Shown piece by piece: positions 28,762-36,573 of a DNA stretch of 47,848 nucleotides (positions are counted from its first letter, which is position 1; each line of letters starts with the position of its first letter). Source of the stretch: Candidatus Sulfomarinibacteraceae bacterium. Lineage in GTDB: Bacteria; Acidobacteriota; Thermoanaerobaculia; Thermoanaerobaculales; Sulfomarinibacteraceae. The stretch spans positions 1 through 47,848 of the forward strand of contig JBFELO010000020.1 of NCBI GenBank assembly GCA_041552055.1. The letters are read 5' to 3'. Both the position numbers and the translations under genes were made by a program. The notes under the pieces are model-generated. The model was not told the DNA's origin. It saw only the letters and a program-made list of their open reading frames with translations, and made no database searches.

Positions 28762-28824
28762 ACCGATAGCGATACCGACGAATCTGGTCGGTATCGGAAT
28801 CGGTTTTCGGTATCGGTATCGACT
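28762..28824. repeat. Inverted hexamer-array element C: (ACCGAT/AGCGAT) units inverted against (ATCGGT/TATCGG)x6
   Basis: ACCGATAGCGATACCGAC gaatctg GTCGGTATCGGAATCGGTTTTCGGTATCGGTATCGAC. Confidence 0.45.
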
Positions 28825-28885
28825 ATCCCCGTTCGATCTGAGCGGCGGTTCGCGGCCGCAGCAGGAGACTGGTGAGAAGTGCGGG

Positions 28886-29572
28886 TTACATCTCGACCCG
28901 ATTTCGCCCCGATCGCTTGGCCACCGAAAGCGCGCGGTCGGCCGCGGCGATCAGCGAGGTCGGATGCTCCTGGGGACTCGGCACGATGGTGGCAGCACCG
29001 ACGCTGACCGTGATCCGGTGCCCGTCGGTCTCCGGCCCCGAGGTCATCTTGAGGTCCTCCACCGCCTGCCGCACCCGCTCCGCCACAGCGAGCCCACCCG
29101 CGGCGTCGGTCTCCGGCAGCAGCACGGCGAACTCGTCACCGCCGTAGCGCGCCACCACGTCGCCGGGCCGCTGGAGCTGCAAACGCACCGTCTCTGCAAT
29201 CTGGCGCAGGCACTCGTCCCCCGCCTGATGCCCCCGGCTCTCGTTGTACAGCTTCAGGTCGTCCACATCGACAATCAGCAGTGTCAGCGGCAGTCGCGAC
29301 CTGGCGGTGCGGCGCCACTGTGCCTTCAGGTTGTCCTGGAATGTTCGGTGGTTCGCGATCCCGGTGAGTGGATCGCCGTCGGTCATCTCCCGGAGCGCCT
29401 TGTTCGCCTTTTCGAGCTGCTGCGACCGTTCCTCGACCGTCCTCTGGAGCTGCCCGGCGCGTTCATCGAGCTCCCCGATCCGCCGGCGCAGTCGTCGATT
29501 GACAATCCAGGCTACCACCAGCACGAGTGCAGCCGGCAACCACACGATGGGTTCGGTCAGGGTCTCCAGCAT
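28886..29572 (-). CDS. GGDEF diguanylate cyclase with N-terminal transmembrane helix and coiled coil
   Basis: …DPLTGIANHRTF… RYGGDEFAVLL catalytic motif. Confidence 0.8.
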   Translation of the reverse strand: MLETLTEPIVWLPAALVLVVAWIVNRRLRRRIGELDERAGQLQRTVEERSQQLEKANKALREMTDGDPLTGIANHRTFQDNLKAQWRRTARSRLPLTLLIVDVDDLKLYNESRGHQAGDECLRQIAETVRLQLQRPGDVVARYGGDEFAVLLPETDAAGGLAVAERVRQAVEDLKMTSGPETDGHRITVSVGAATIVPSPQEHPTSLIAAADRALSVAKRSGRNRVEM

Positions 29573-29579
29573 GGTCCTC

Positions 29580-30155
29580 TCATCCCATCTCCGCCACCTC
29601 GGAGTGGCGGAAGCACGTCACAAGGTGATCGTTGACCATCCCCGTTGCCTGCATGTGGGCGTAGACGATCGTCGGCCCCACGAACCGGAAGCAGCGGTTC
29701 CTGAGGTCGCGTGAGATAGTCTCGGCGAGTGGCGTTGTGCTCGGAATCTGATCCATCGTGCGCCATGAGTTTTGGATCGGACGACCACTCGTGAACGACC
29801 ACATGTAATCCGAAAAGGTCCCAAACTCCGCCTGCACCTCGAGGAACGCCTGGGCGTTGGAAACCGCGGATCTCACCTTCTGGCGGTTGCGGACGATTCC
29901 CGGATCGGCGAGCAGCTCTGAAATCCTGTCCTCGCCGAACTTCGCCACCTCGGCGGGTTCGAAGCCGTCAAACGCGGCACGGTAGTGCTCTCGCTTGCGC
30001 AGAATCGTGATCCAACTGAGGCCCGCTTGCGCACCCTCCAACACGAGAAACTCGAACAGCGCCCTGTCGTCACGGACCGGCACACCCCACTCGATGTCGT
30101 GGTAGGCCACGTACACGGGGTCGGTTCCACACCAGCCGCATCTTTTCCGCTTCAT
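29580..30155 (-). CDS. tag: DNA-3-methyladenine glycosylase I
   Basis: MKRKRCGWCGTDPVYVAYHDIEWGVPVRDDRALFEFLVLEGAQAGLSWITIL is the Tag signature. Start chosen at the internal Met (30155) matching the Tag N-terminus. Confidence 0.8.
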   Translation of the reverse strand: MKRKRCGWCGTDPVYVAYHDIEWGVPVRDDRALFEFLVLEGAQAGLSWITILRKREHYRAAFDGFEPAEVAKFGEDRISELLADPGIVRNRQKVRSAVSNAQAFLEVQAEFGTFSDYMWSFTSGRPIQNSWRTMDQIPSTTPLAETISRDLRNRCFRFVGPTIVYAHMQATGMVNDHLVTCFRHSEVAEMG

Positions 30156-30538
30156 GCTCGAGCCCTGGCCACCGACGTCACGTCCGATCGATTCGAAATC
30201 ATGGCGAGCCACCCACCATCACGAGACCCTACGTTGGCGCTCGTCCTCGTCAAACCGGAGGCGCACCTTCTTTTCGAACAACGTCGAGAACAGCTGTGAT
30301 TTCTTCGTGAACGACCACCCCACACGCAATGGAAACGCGACCTCGCCGTCAACAGCCGATCCCTTGCTCATCATCGACCTCGTGTGGGTGAGCCTTTCGG
30401 CTCTCGTTGCGGCCTATTTTACTCCGCCCCGCGGATTTCGCGCCGCACCATGTGCCCGCAACCGCTCCGAACGCTCACGAGGCGATGGACTGGAGGTCCC
30501 GCACACCCGTCCAACATGTCAGAAGGAGCCCGTCCGCT

Positions 30539-31036
30539 CTACACCAACGCCTTCACGACCTTCGGCGTCACCAGCCAGCGGAGCACTCCCCGCCCGGGCG
30601 CGATCTCCCGCCACGATCCTCCACCGAACTCCAAGCACGCCACCGCAGCGGTCGGCATCCGCACGCGGCCTCCGCCGAGTACCGCTACCAGGTCGGACCA
30701 GGCAGGTTCGTGACCGGCGATCAACACTCGCTCGGGGAGGTCTGACGCCGCTGCCAGTTCGTCCAACACGGTCTCTGGATCGCACCCGTAAAACGAACCC
30801 ACGGACCTGATGTCGCAACCCCAGCTTCCGGCCGCGGCCGCCAGTTCCGCCGTGGCTCTGGCACGCTCGGCCGTGGAGGTGAACACCAGCTCGGGCGCCT
30901 GTCCGCATCGCGCGAGAAACCGCCCCATTGCGCCTGCCGCCTCGACCCCACGCGGAGCCAGCGGCCGCTCGTGGTCGGTCATCCCACCGACGCTCCAGTC
31001 GGACTTGGCGTGGCGCATGATCAACAGTACTGCCAT
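30539..31036 (-). CDS. sixA: histidine-phosphatase superfamily protein (SixA-like phosphohistidine phosphatase)
   Basis: LLIMRHAKS RHG motif. ~165 aa. Confidence 0.7.
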   Translation of the reverse strand: MAVLLIMRHAKSDWSVGGMTDHERPLAPRGVEAAGAMGRFLARCGQAPELVFTSTAERARATAELAAAAGSWGCDIRSVGSFYGCDPETVLDELAAASDLPERVLIAGHEPAWSDLVAVLGGGRVRMPTAAVACLEFGGGSWREIAPGRGVLRWLVTPKVVKALV

Positions 31037-31037
31037 G

Positions 31038-31859
31038 TCAACCTCCCCTCGGTGAGATCGCGTCCGAGGTCGGCTCGCTGATCATCCGCCCGTCGTCGGG
31101 GCACCAGGCGGTCAGGCTTCCACCGTACACACAACCGGAGTCCAGGCAGAGAGCCCCGCCGGATCGGTGCAGACCGAGCTGGGCCCAGTGGCCGAACACC
31201 ACTCGCATCCCCCGTTCGACGATGTCGGAGCCCTCGAACCACGGTTTGCAGCCATCCGGGGCGGCTTCGGGGGGGCCGGTGAAGCCAAGTTCTGGCTCAC
31301 CGTCAGGCCCCACCACCCTCGCGCGGGTGAACACGGAGACCGCCGCTGCGATCCGCTCGTCGCCGCCGATGCTCGCTCTCCACCTGGGCCGCGGCTTGCG
31401 GCACAGCTGCTCGAGGAATTCACGGTCGCCATCGTCATTCAGCCGGTCGCGGGCCTGGTGGGCCAACGCCAACGCATCGTCCTCGTCCCAGCTCGGCATC
31501 AGTCCGGCGTGGACCATCATCAGGTCACCGCGTCGGTGCACGAAGGGCTGCCGCCGCATCCAGGCGAGCAGCTCATCACGATCGGGTGCTGCGAGCACCT
31601 CGCGCAGGTTGTCCTCTGGCCGGGGGCAGAGGAGCTCCTCGGCTCGCGCCAGCAGGTGCAGGTCGTGGTTCCCGAGGGTCGCCACCAGACGCTTCTGCCC
31701 CGCTGCCCAGCGCAGCACCTCGAGCGACTGCGGCCCCCGGTTGACGAGATCACCGACCAGCCACAGTTCGTCGTGGAGAGGATCCCAGCCGATCCGCTCG
31801 AGCAGCCGCTGCAACGTCCGCCAGCACCCGTGGATATCACCGATAACGTAGGTCGTCAC
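31038..31859 (-). CDS. apaH: bis(5'-nucleosyl)-tetraphosphatase (symmetrical) / ApaH-type metallophosphoesterase
   Basis: TYVIGDIHGCWRTLQRLL … LVGDLVNRGP … GNHD metallophosphatase motifs. Confidence 0.8.
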   Translation of the reverse strand: MTTYVIGDIHGCWRTLQRLLERIGWDPLHDELWLVGDLVNRGPQSLEVLRWAAGQKRLVATLGNHDLHLLARAEELLCPRPEDNLREVLAAPDRDELLAWMRRQPFVHRRGDLMMVHAGLMPSWDEDDALALAHQARDRLNDDGDREFLEQLCRKPRPRWRASIGGDERIAAAVSVFTRARVVGPDGEPELGFTGPPEAAPDGCKPWFEGSDIVERGMRVVFGHWAQLGLHRSGGALCLDSGCVYGGSLTAWCPDDGRMISEPTSDAISPRGG

Positions 31860-31914
31860 GATCTTCGATCCCGCCGAATGGTCTCACATCGCCTCCGCCG
31901 ACACCCCGGCCCCG

Positions 31915-31997
31915 CTCTTCGTCTTCATCTTCGTCTTCATCTTCGTCTTCATCGTTGTCGCTGTCGTCATCGTCATCGTTGTCGTCATCGTCATCGG
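31915..31997. repeat. (TCTTCGTCTTCA)x3 + (TCGTCA/TCGTTG)n hexamer array; reads (GAYGAM)x14 on the apaH coding strand, 56-140 nt upstream of the apaH start
   Basis: cttcgtcttcatcttcgtcttcatcttcgtcttcatcgttgtcgctgtcgtcatcgtcatcgttgtcgtcatcgtcatcgg. Confidence 0.5.
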
Positions 31998-31998
31998 C

Positions 31999-32330
31999 CT
32001 GCCGTTCGCGTCGACCATCTGACACCCAACGCGCCCTCTCCCCAACGCGCTCCCCGCGGTTGCCACCTTCAACAATCTTGGGCGTGAATGACGGCGATGT
32101 GGTGTGCTGAGACGATCCCAAAATTGTTGAAGATGGCACGCCCGCACGACGCGCGGTCTTCGCCCTGCCGTTCACCTCGACCACCTGACACCAGAGGCGC
32201 CCTCTCCCCGGCGTGCTCCCCGAGGGTGCCCCCTTAGACAATGTTGGGACCCGACGAACCGCCCTACCCCGCTGGCGTTGCTCCCAACATTGTCAAAGAC
32301 GGCACACCCGCACGACGCCCTGTCATCGGT
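31999..32330. repeat. Tandem duplication (2 x ~165 bp) of a structured element, each copy with an outer TGCCGT/ACGGCA stem and an inner 13-15 bp stem
   Basis: Copy 1 runs 31999-32160 and copy 2 runs 32161-32330. Inner stems are TTCAACAATCTTGGG/CCCAAAATTGTTGAA in copy 1 and AGACAATGTTGGGA/TCCCAACATTGTC in copy 2. Compensatory changes preserve pairing. Flanks are conserved and loops are divergent. Confidence 0.5.
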
Positions 32331-32459
32331 CTACTATTCGCTTCGATCAGGAGACCCCGGGCCTATGCCCGGCACGCCCGATCTACGCGCTGTCGTGCAG
32401 ATTTGGCCTCGCGCCATACTGCGGGCGTCGTACGGTCTCGAGAAGTCTCGGCTGCGGCC

Positions 32460-34370
32460 TCAGCTCGATTCGGCCTGTTTCTTTCGCATACCCGCTCGCA
32501 GAAGCCGCTGCGCGTCTATCGAACCCTCGTCGAAGAACCCCTCCGGCCAGTCGTCGAACCCACCGAAGCGGTTCGTCTCCAGTCGCCTGAACCGCGTGGC
32601 GCCCTCGCGGCGCTCGGTGGACACCAATCCGACGAGGTCCAACAACTCGTCGTGCTCGTCCTCCGCGATTCGCCGCCGCAACCTGGTGACGAGATGATCA
32701 CTGTGCGTTTCGACGATGACCTGTCGCCCGCTGTGGACACACGCCAGCAGGAAATCAGCCAAAGTCTGCTGCGTGGCTGGATGGAGGTGCAGCTCGGGTT
32801 GTTCGATGGCCAGGACCGTACCCGGCGTGGCGTGGAGCCCCATCACCAGCACCGGAACCAGCTGACTCACGCCAATGCCGACGGCAGTCATGTCCAGCGG
32901 TCGTTTCACGTCGGAGATCGAGATCCGAGGTTCGAGCCCGAGACGCGGACGGTCGATCGTCTCGATTCCAGCGGCCATACCAAAGGCATCGAGCCAGTGA
33001 TTCACGGCCGCTCGGAGCGGCATTCGTGCCGTGCCGCCGGTGGTCAATGGGCAGAGGATCTCGCGCTCCGCGTCTCTGTGGAGCACCGCGAACGCGAACT
33101 CTCCCTTGGTGCCGACGTAGCCCGGTTTGTCGGTCGGAACCGAGAGGTAGAGGACCTGTGGATCCTGACGAAGCGGACCGAGGTACACCACGCGGTCCGA
33201 GAAGAACCTCGCGACCGCGCCACCACCCAACTCGAGCAGATTCGCCGGTCCCCGACTCGGTTCGAGTTCCTCGCCCGGGAGTAGGACGGGGCCACCGGCG
33301 CCGAGGCGGCGCTCGATCGACCGAGCGAACTTGGAATCGCTCACGAGAGAGTGAAGCTGCGGCCAGTATCCGGCGTCAATCGCCTCGGACCTCGAGGAGT
33401 CGAGACTTTCCATCAGTTCGGTGGCCGCCGCGGTGCCGGTCCTGTCCAAGTCCCGTTCCGCCTCGACAACATCGACGATGAGATCAATCAGCCGATCGCA
33501 GGCAGTGGTGGCGAGGTCGTTCATCCGAACCTCTTCCTGCCTCCCCTCGCCCTTCGGCGGTTCACCGATGTGGCGCTGACGAATTCGATCCCAAGCGGTT
33601 CTCGGATTCCTTCGTCGATCCCGCAAGACCTGGCGCGCCCTGCGCACCCACTCGGCGGTCAGCACGGCGTGGAGATCCCCCTGTACGAACACGGCGACCG
33701 GTATCCCCGCACGATGACTGACTCCCACCGTGCGAAAGCTGCGACGCTGGTCGGCGGCGTCGAAGCCCGTCACACGCCCTTCCAGCCGGACGACCGGCTG
33801 GAGATGTGTGCGGCGCGGCGTCACTCCGAGGTCGAGGTGCCGTCGGGACAGCACGGCCGCCCGGTAGTCCAGTGCCTCCACCCCATTGTTCGACATCGAA
33901 TCCTGACCGCGATCGATCGAGAACCTCACGCCTCGTATCCGAGCCCTGCCCGGCAAGTTTTCTCGGCTTGTGTTCAGGAGCTCCACATCCCACTCCATGA
34001 CCGTCCGCTTCGAACCGTCCCGGTCGTTCTCCCGATCCCGTTCCGGACGGATACGACGATCCGGAGTCGAGAGTTCGAAGGTTCCTCCGAGCCCGATCCT
34101 GTCGCGTGCCGTCGCACCGGCGTGACGCAGGTCATCGAATTCCCCCAACTCGACGTACGGCCCGTTCAGGGGAAGATGCTCCTCACACGACTGCCCCTGC
34201 ATTGCTTGCACCACGAGCAGGATCGATTGCAGGAGACTGCTTTTTCCCGACGAGTTCGCGCCGACAAACACTGTCAGGGGGGACAGGTCGACCTGGGCAC
34301 ACGCGACCGACTTGAAGTTCCTGACTCGCCAGCTTCGCAGTGGTTGGACGATGCCGCCAGTTCCTTTCAT
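32460..34370 (-). CDS. SMC/ABC-type (AAA_21/AAA_15-like) ATPase with DUF3696-like C-terminal tail
   Basis: Walker A VFVGANSSGKSSLLQS near the N-terminus. ~480 aa insertion. VLAIEQPELHLHP (Walker B/D-loop) and ETHSDHL (H-loop) near the C-terminus. Tail …FGGFDDWPEGFFDEGS…. 636 aa. ATGA overlap with the upstream gene. Confidence 0.7.
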   Translation of the reverse strand: MKGTGGIVQPLRSWRVRNFKSVACAQVDLSPLTVFVGANSSGKSSLLQSILLVVQAMQGQSCEEHLPLNGPYVELGEFDDLRHAGATARDRIGLGGTFELSTPDRRIRPERDRENDRDGSKRTVMEWDVELLNTSRENLPGRARIRGVRFSIDRGQDSMSNNGVEALDYRAAVLSRRHLDLGVTPRRTHLQPVVRLEGRVTGFDAADQRRSFRTVGVSHRAGIPVAVFVQGDLHAVLTAEWVRRARQVLRDRRRNPRTAWDRIRQRHIGEPPKGEGRQEEVRMNDLATTACDRLIDLIVDVVEAERDLDRTGTAAATELMESLDSSRSEAIDAGYWPQLHSLVSDSKFARSIERRLGAGGPVLLPGEELEPSRGPANLLELGGGAVARFFSDRVVYLGPLRQDPQVLYLSVPTDKPGYVGTKGEFAFAVLHRDAEREILCPLTTGGTARMPLRAAVNHWLDAFGMAAGIETIDRPRLGLEPRISISDVKRPLDMTAVGIGVSQLVPVLVMGLHATPGTVLAIEQPELHLHPATQQTLADFLLACVHSGRQVIVETHSDHLVTRLRRRIAEDEHDELLDLVGLVSTERREGATRFRRLETNRFGGFDDWPEGFFDEGSIDAQRLLRAGMRKKQAESS

Positions 34371-35392
34371 GATCCCGCCTCCAGATTGTGCCGGATGATC
34401 AGCATCTCGGCCCCGTCGGCCATCACGGCCCGCGCCATTGCCATCGATTCACGGGACTGCCCCGTCCAGGCATCGGGCAACGTCAACAGACGTACCGTAC
34501 GCCTGCCGCGCTTCGACGCTGCGGACAGCATGCACATCAACTCACGATCCATCGCCTCCGAAGGCCGACTGCGACCAGGTTCGATCTCGAGAGGTCCCTC
34601 GTACCCGGGTGCCCGGTCAGCGAGCACCCGCTCGACCAGCGGCAGCAACGCCCGCACCCCATCGGGTCCCCACGGCCGAGGCCCGAAACCGCATGTCTCC
34701 AGGCTCGAGGAGAGCACGACCACCGGAACCGTCGCGGCCTGCGATTGGGAAACGATCTCCGCAGCAGCCAACCACCGCTCGATCCTACGGCTCTCGGGTT
34801 CTCCGGTGGCGAGATCGAGTAGAACTGGATCGACCACAGTCTCAGATCCTGCTCCGTGCCGTCCGAGGGCGGTGCGACAGTCCTCGGAAAGGGCCTCCAG
34901 CTCCCTTTGCTCCCGCTCTTTGAACAGCGACCGCTGATCGAGCCTCGCATTCTCCTCTTCGACGCGCGGCGAGTCCGCTGCGATCGTCCGTTCCGCGATG
35001 GCTCCCAGTCGGGCATCTCGCGCCAGTTCGGAACCGAGCTCCGCAACGAGTCCACCCAGCTGAACACACCACATTCGCTCCACTACACCGGCTTCCACCA
35101 TGAAATCGAAGGGAAGGCCGGAGGTCCCTGCGGGCACCACCACGTCCGCGTCGGACGCGAACTCGGTCTCGTTGGACACCAGCGCCACGTCGGCAACGCC
35201 GATCTCCGGATCGAGTCCGATGACGAGCACCATTCGCGGATCACACCGCCCAGGCAGCGTGGGGTCTGCGATCCGCAGGTCACCGATCCGCGGGAATCGC
35301 GGCCAATCGTCATCGACCTCGAGCGGGCGTCGGACGCTTTCACGGAGTCGCGCCGTGCCCAGCCACTCCGGCAACTCCTTGTCGCTCATCAC
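34367..35392 (-). CDS. hypothetical protein (341 aa), middle gene of a three-gene operon
   Basis: No recognisable motifs. Start directly abuts the stop of the upstream gene (35393). Stop overlaps the ATPase start. Confidence 0.5.
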   Translation of the reverse strand: MMSDKELPEWLGTARLRESVRRPLEVDDDWPRFPRIGDLRIADPTLPGRCDPRMVLVIGLDPEIGVADVALVSNETEFASDADVVVPAGTSGLPFDFMVEAGVVERMWCVQLGGLVAELGSELARDARLGAIAERTIAADSPRVEEENARLDQRSLFKEREQRELEALSEDCRTALGRHGAGSETVVDPVLLDLATGEPESRRIERWLAAAEIVSQSQAATVPVVVLSSSLETCGFGPRPWGPDGVRALLPLVERVLADRAPGYEGPLEIEPGRSRPSEAMDRELMCMLSAASKRGRRTVRLLTLPDAWTGQSRESMAMARAVMADGAEMLIIRHNLEAGS

Positions 35393-36505
35393 TCACCCCT
35401 TCCTGCCCTCCCAGGGTGCATCTCCCAGACTGTCGACGACCGCCACACGCATCTCCTCGGCCAAGGGCGCCAGGACGCGCTCGAGACGGCGGAACAGACG
35501 GTGCTTGTGCTTTGCCACCGTCGGCCGACTCATCCCGAGCTGGCGTCCGATCTCTCGGTCTGAGGCACCCGCGAGTTTGAGGCGCAACACCTCGCGGGCG
35601 ATCCCGGTGCAGCTCGACATGATCGAACCCGAGACCTCGGCGACGATCGCTCGCTCCTCCACACTGAGATCGTCCACCGCAGGGCGCAGATCTCCCCGTT
35701 CACCCTGCTCAAGGAAGCGTGGCAGCCAGGATGTCAACAGGAAGGACAGAATTCGGTCGAGATCGGCCACGGTGACCGCGTGCGGGAGTGCGGTGGCCAC
35801 GCCTTCCAGCAACTCCACCAGCACTTCGGTGCTGTAAACCATTGGGGCGCGCATCGTCGGGTTGGACTTGATGGTGGGGAACCCCGTCAGCGACGCGGCG
35901 ACGTCTCTCAGTGCGGCGGCTGAAGGAATACCGGACTCGACCTGCTTCCCTGCAACGGTGTAGCTCCAAGCTGGAGGGGTCGCCACCAGTCGAAACGGCG
36001 ACTCCATAACGAGGGTTTTGCAGCGCTCCAGAATGTTGTCGACGATGGTCCGCTGTCGCCGTCGCGCCAGATGGTGACGGAGCTGCCGCGCGAGTAACCT
36101 TCTGAAGTGCTGAAGATCCGCCGCAACAGCCAACGCGTAGTCGAGCTGCCCCTGTCCGATCAGGACGTCGACGCAGAAGTCCTGGACGAGATCTTCGATG
36201 CCCTCATCCCATCGCCACACCCGGCCGTACACGATCGGGTCGTACCCCCGCACGACGGAGCGCACGATCTCTCTCGCCTCACGTAACAGCAACCGGCCCA
36301 TGACCTCGGATCTGTACTCGGTGACCAGCAGGCCCAGGGCTTCCAGGCCCTGCTGACAGCCTTCAGGGTCACGGTGTCTTCTCGGCAAGGGACACCCATG
36401 ATGCCACGAACCGCTGGCCGGGCCGGCGGGCGCCTCCCGCTGTGCCGGGACCGCGGGCTCGCCACCGGTACTGTCGCCGGCTTTCACACCGAAGGCTGAT
36501 AACAT
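35393..36505 (-). CDS. sigma-70/ECF-like protein: region-2-like segment plus C-terminal region-4 HTH, with long intervening linker
   Basis: …DEGIEDLVQDFCVDVLIGQ… (region 2-like) and …LSVEERAIVAEV…SDREIGRQLGMSRPTVAKHKHRLFRRLERVL (region 4 HTH). 370 aa. Start is uncertain (alternative Met at 36301); no Shine-Dalgarno at 36505. Confidence 0.5.
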   Translation of the reverse strand: MLSAFGVKAGDSTGGEPAVPAQREAPAGPASGSWHHGCPLPRRHRDPEGCQQGLEALGLLVTEYRSEVMGRLLLREAREIVRSVVRGYDPIVYGRVWRWDEGIEDLVQDFCVDVLIGQGQLDYALAVAADLQHFRRLLARQLRHHLARRRQRTIVDNILERCKTLVMESPFRLVATPPAWSYTVAGKQVESGIPSAAALRDVAASLTGFPTIKSNPTMRAPMVYSTEVLVELLEGVATALPHAVTVADLDRILSFLLTSWLPRFLEQGERGDLRPAVDDLSVEERAIVAEVSGSIMSSCTGIAREVLRLKLAGASDREIGRQLGMSRPTVAKHKHRLFRRLERVLAPLAEEMRVAVVDSLGDAPWEGRKG

Positions 36506-36573
36506 TGATAGTCGGGGAATGGAACGCCCATCACCGCGCTCGCGGGATCGGCGGCCGGACCCGGGGAGTCACA

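Noticed and set aside
31837-32241. 134-aa minus-strand ORF encoding a poly-Asp/Glu tract
   Set aside because: It overlaps the apaH start and reads through the tandem structured repeats. The acidic tract is the translation of the (GAYGAM)n DNA repeat. Kept only as a caveat in the findings.
32241-34937. Plus-strand ORFs of 347 aa (32241-33284) and 528 aa (33351-34937)
   Set aside because: Antisense to the ATPase and hypothetical genes of the three-gene operon. No motifs.
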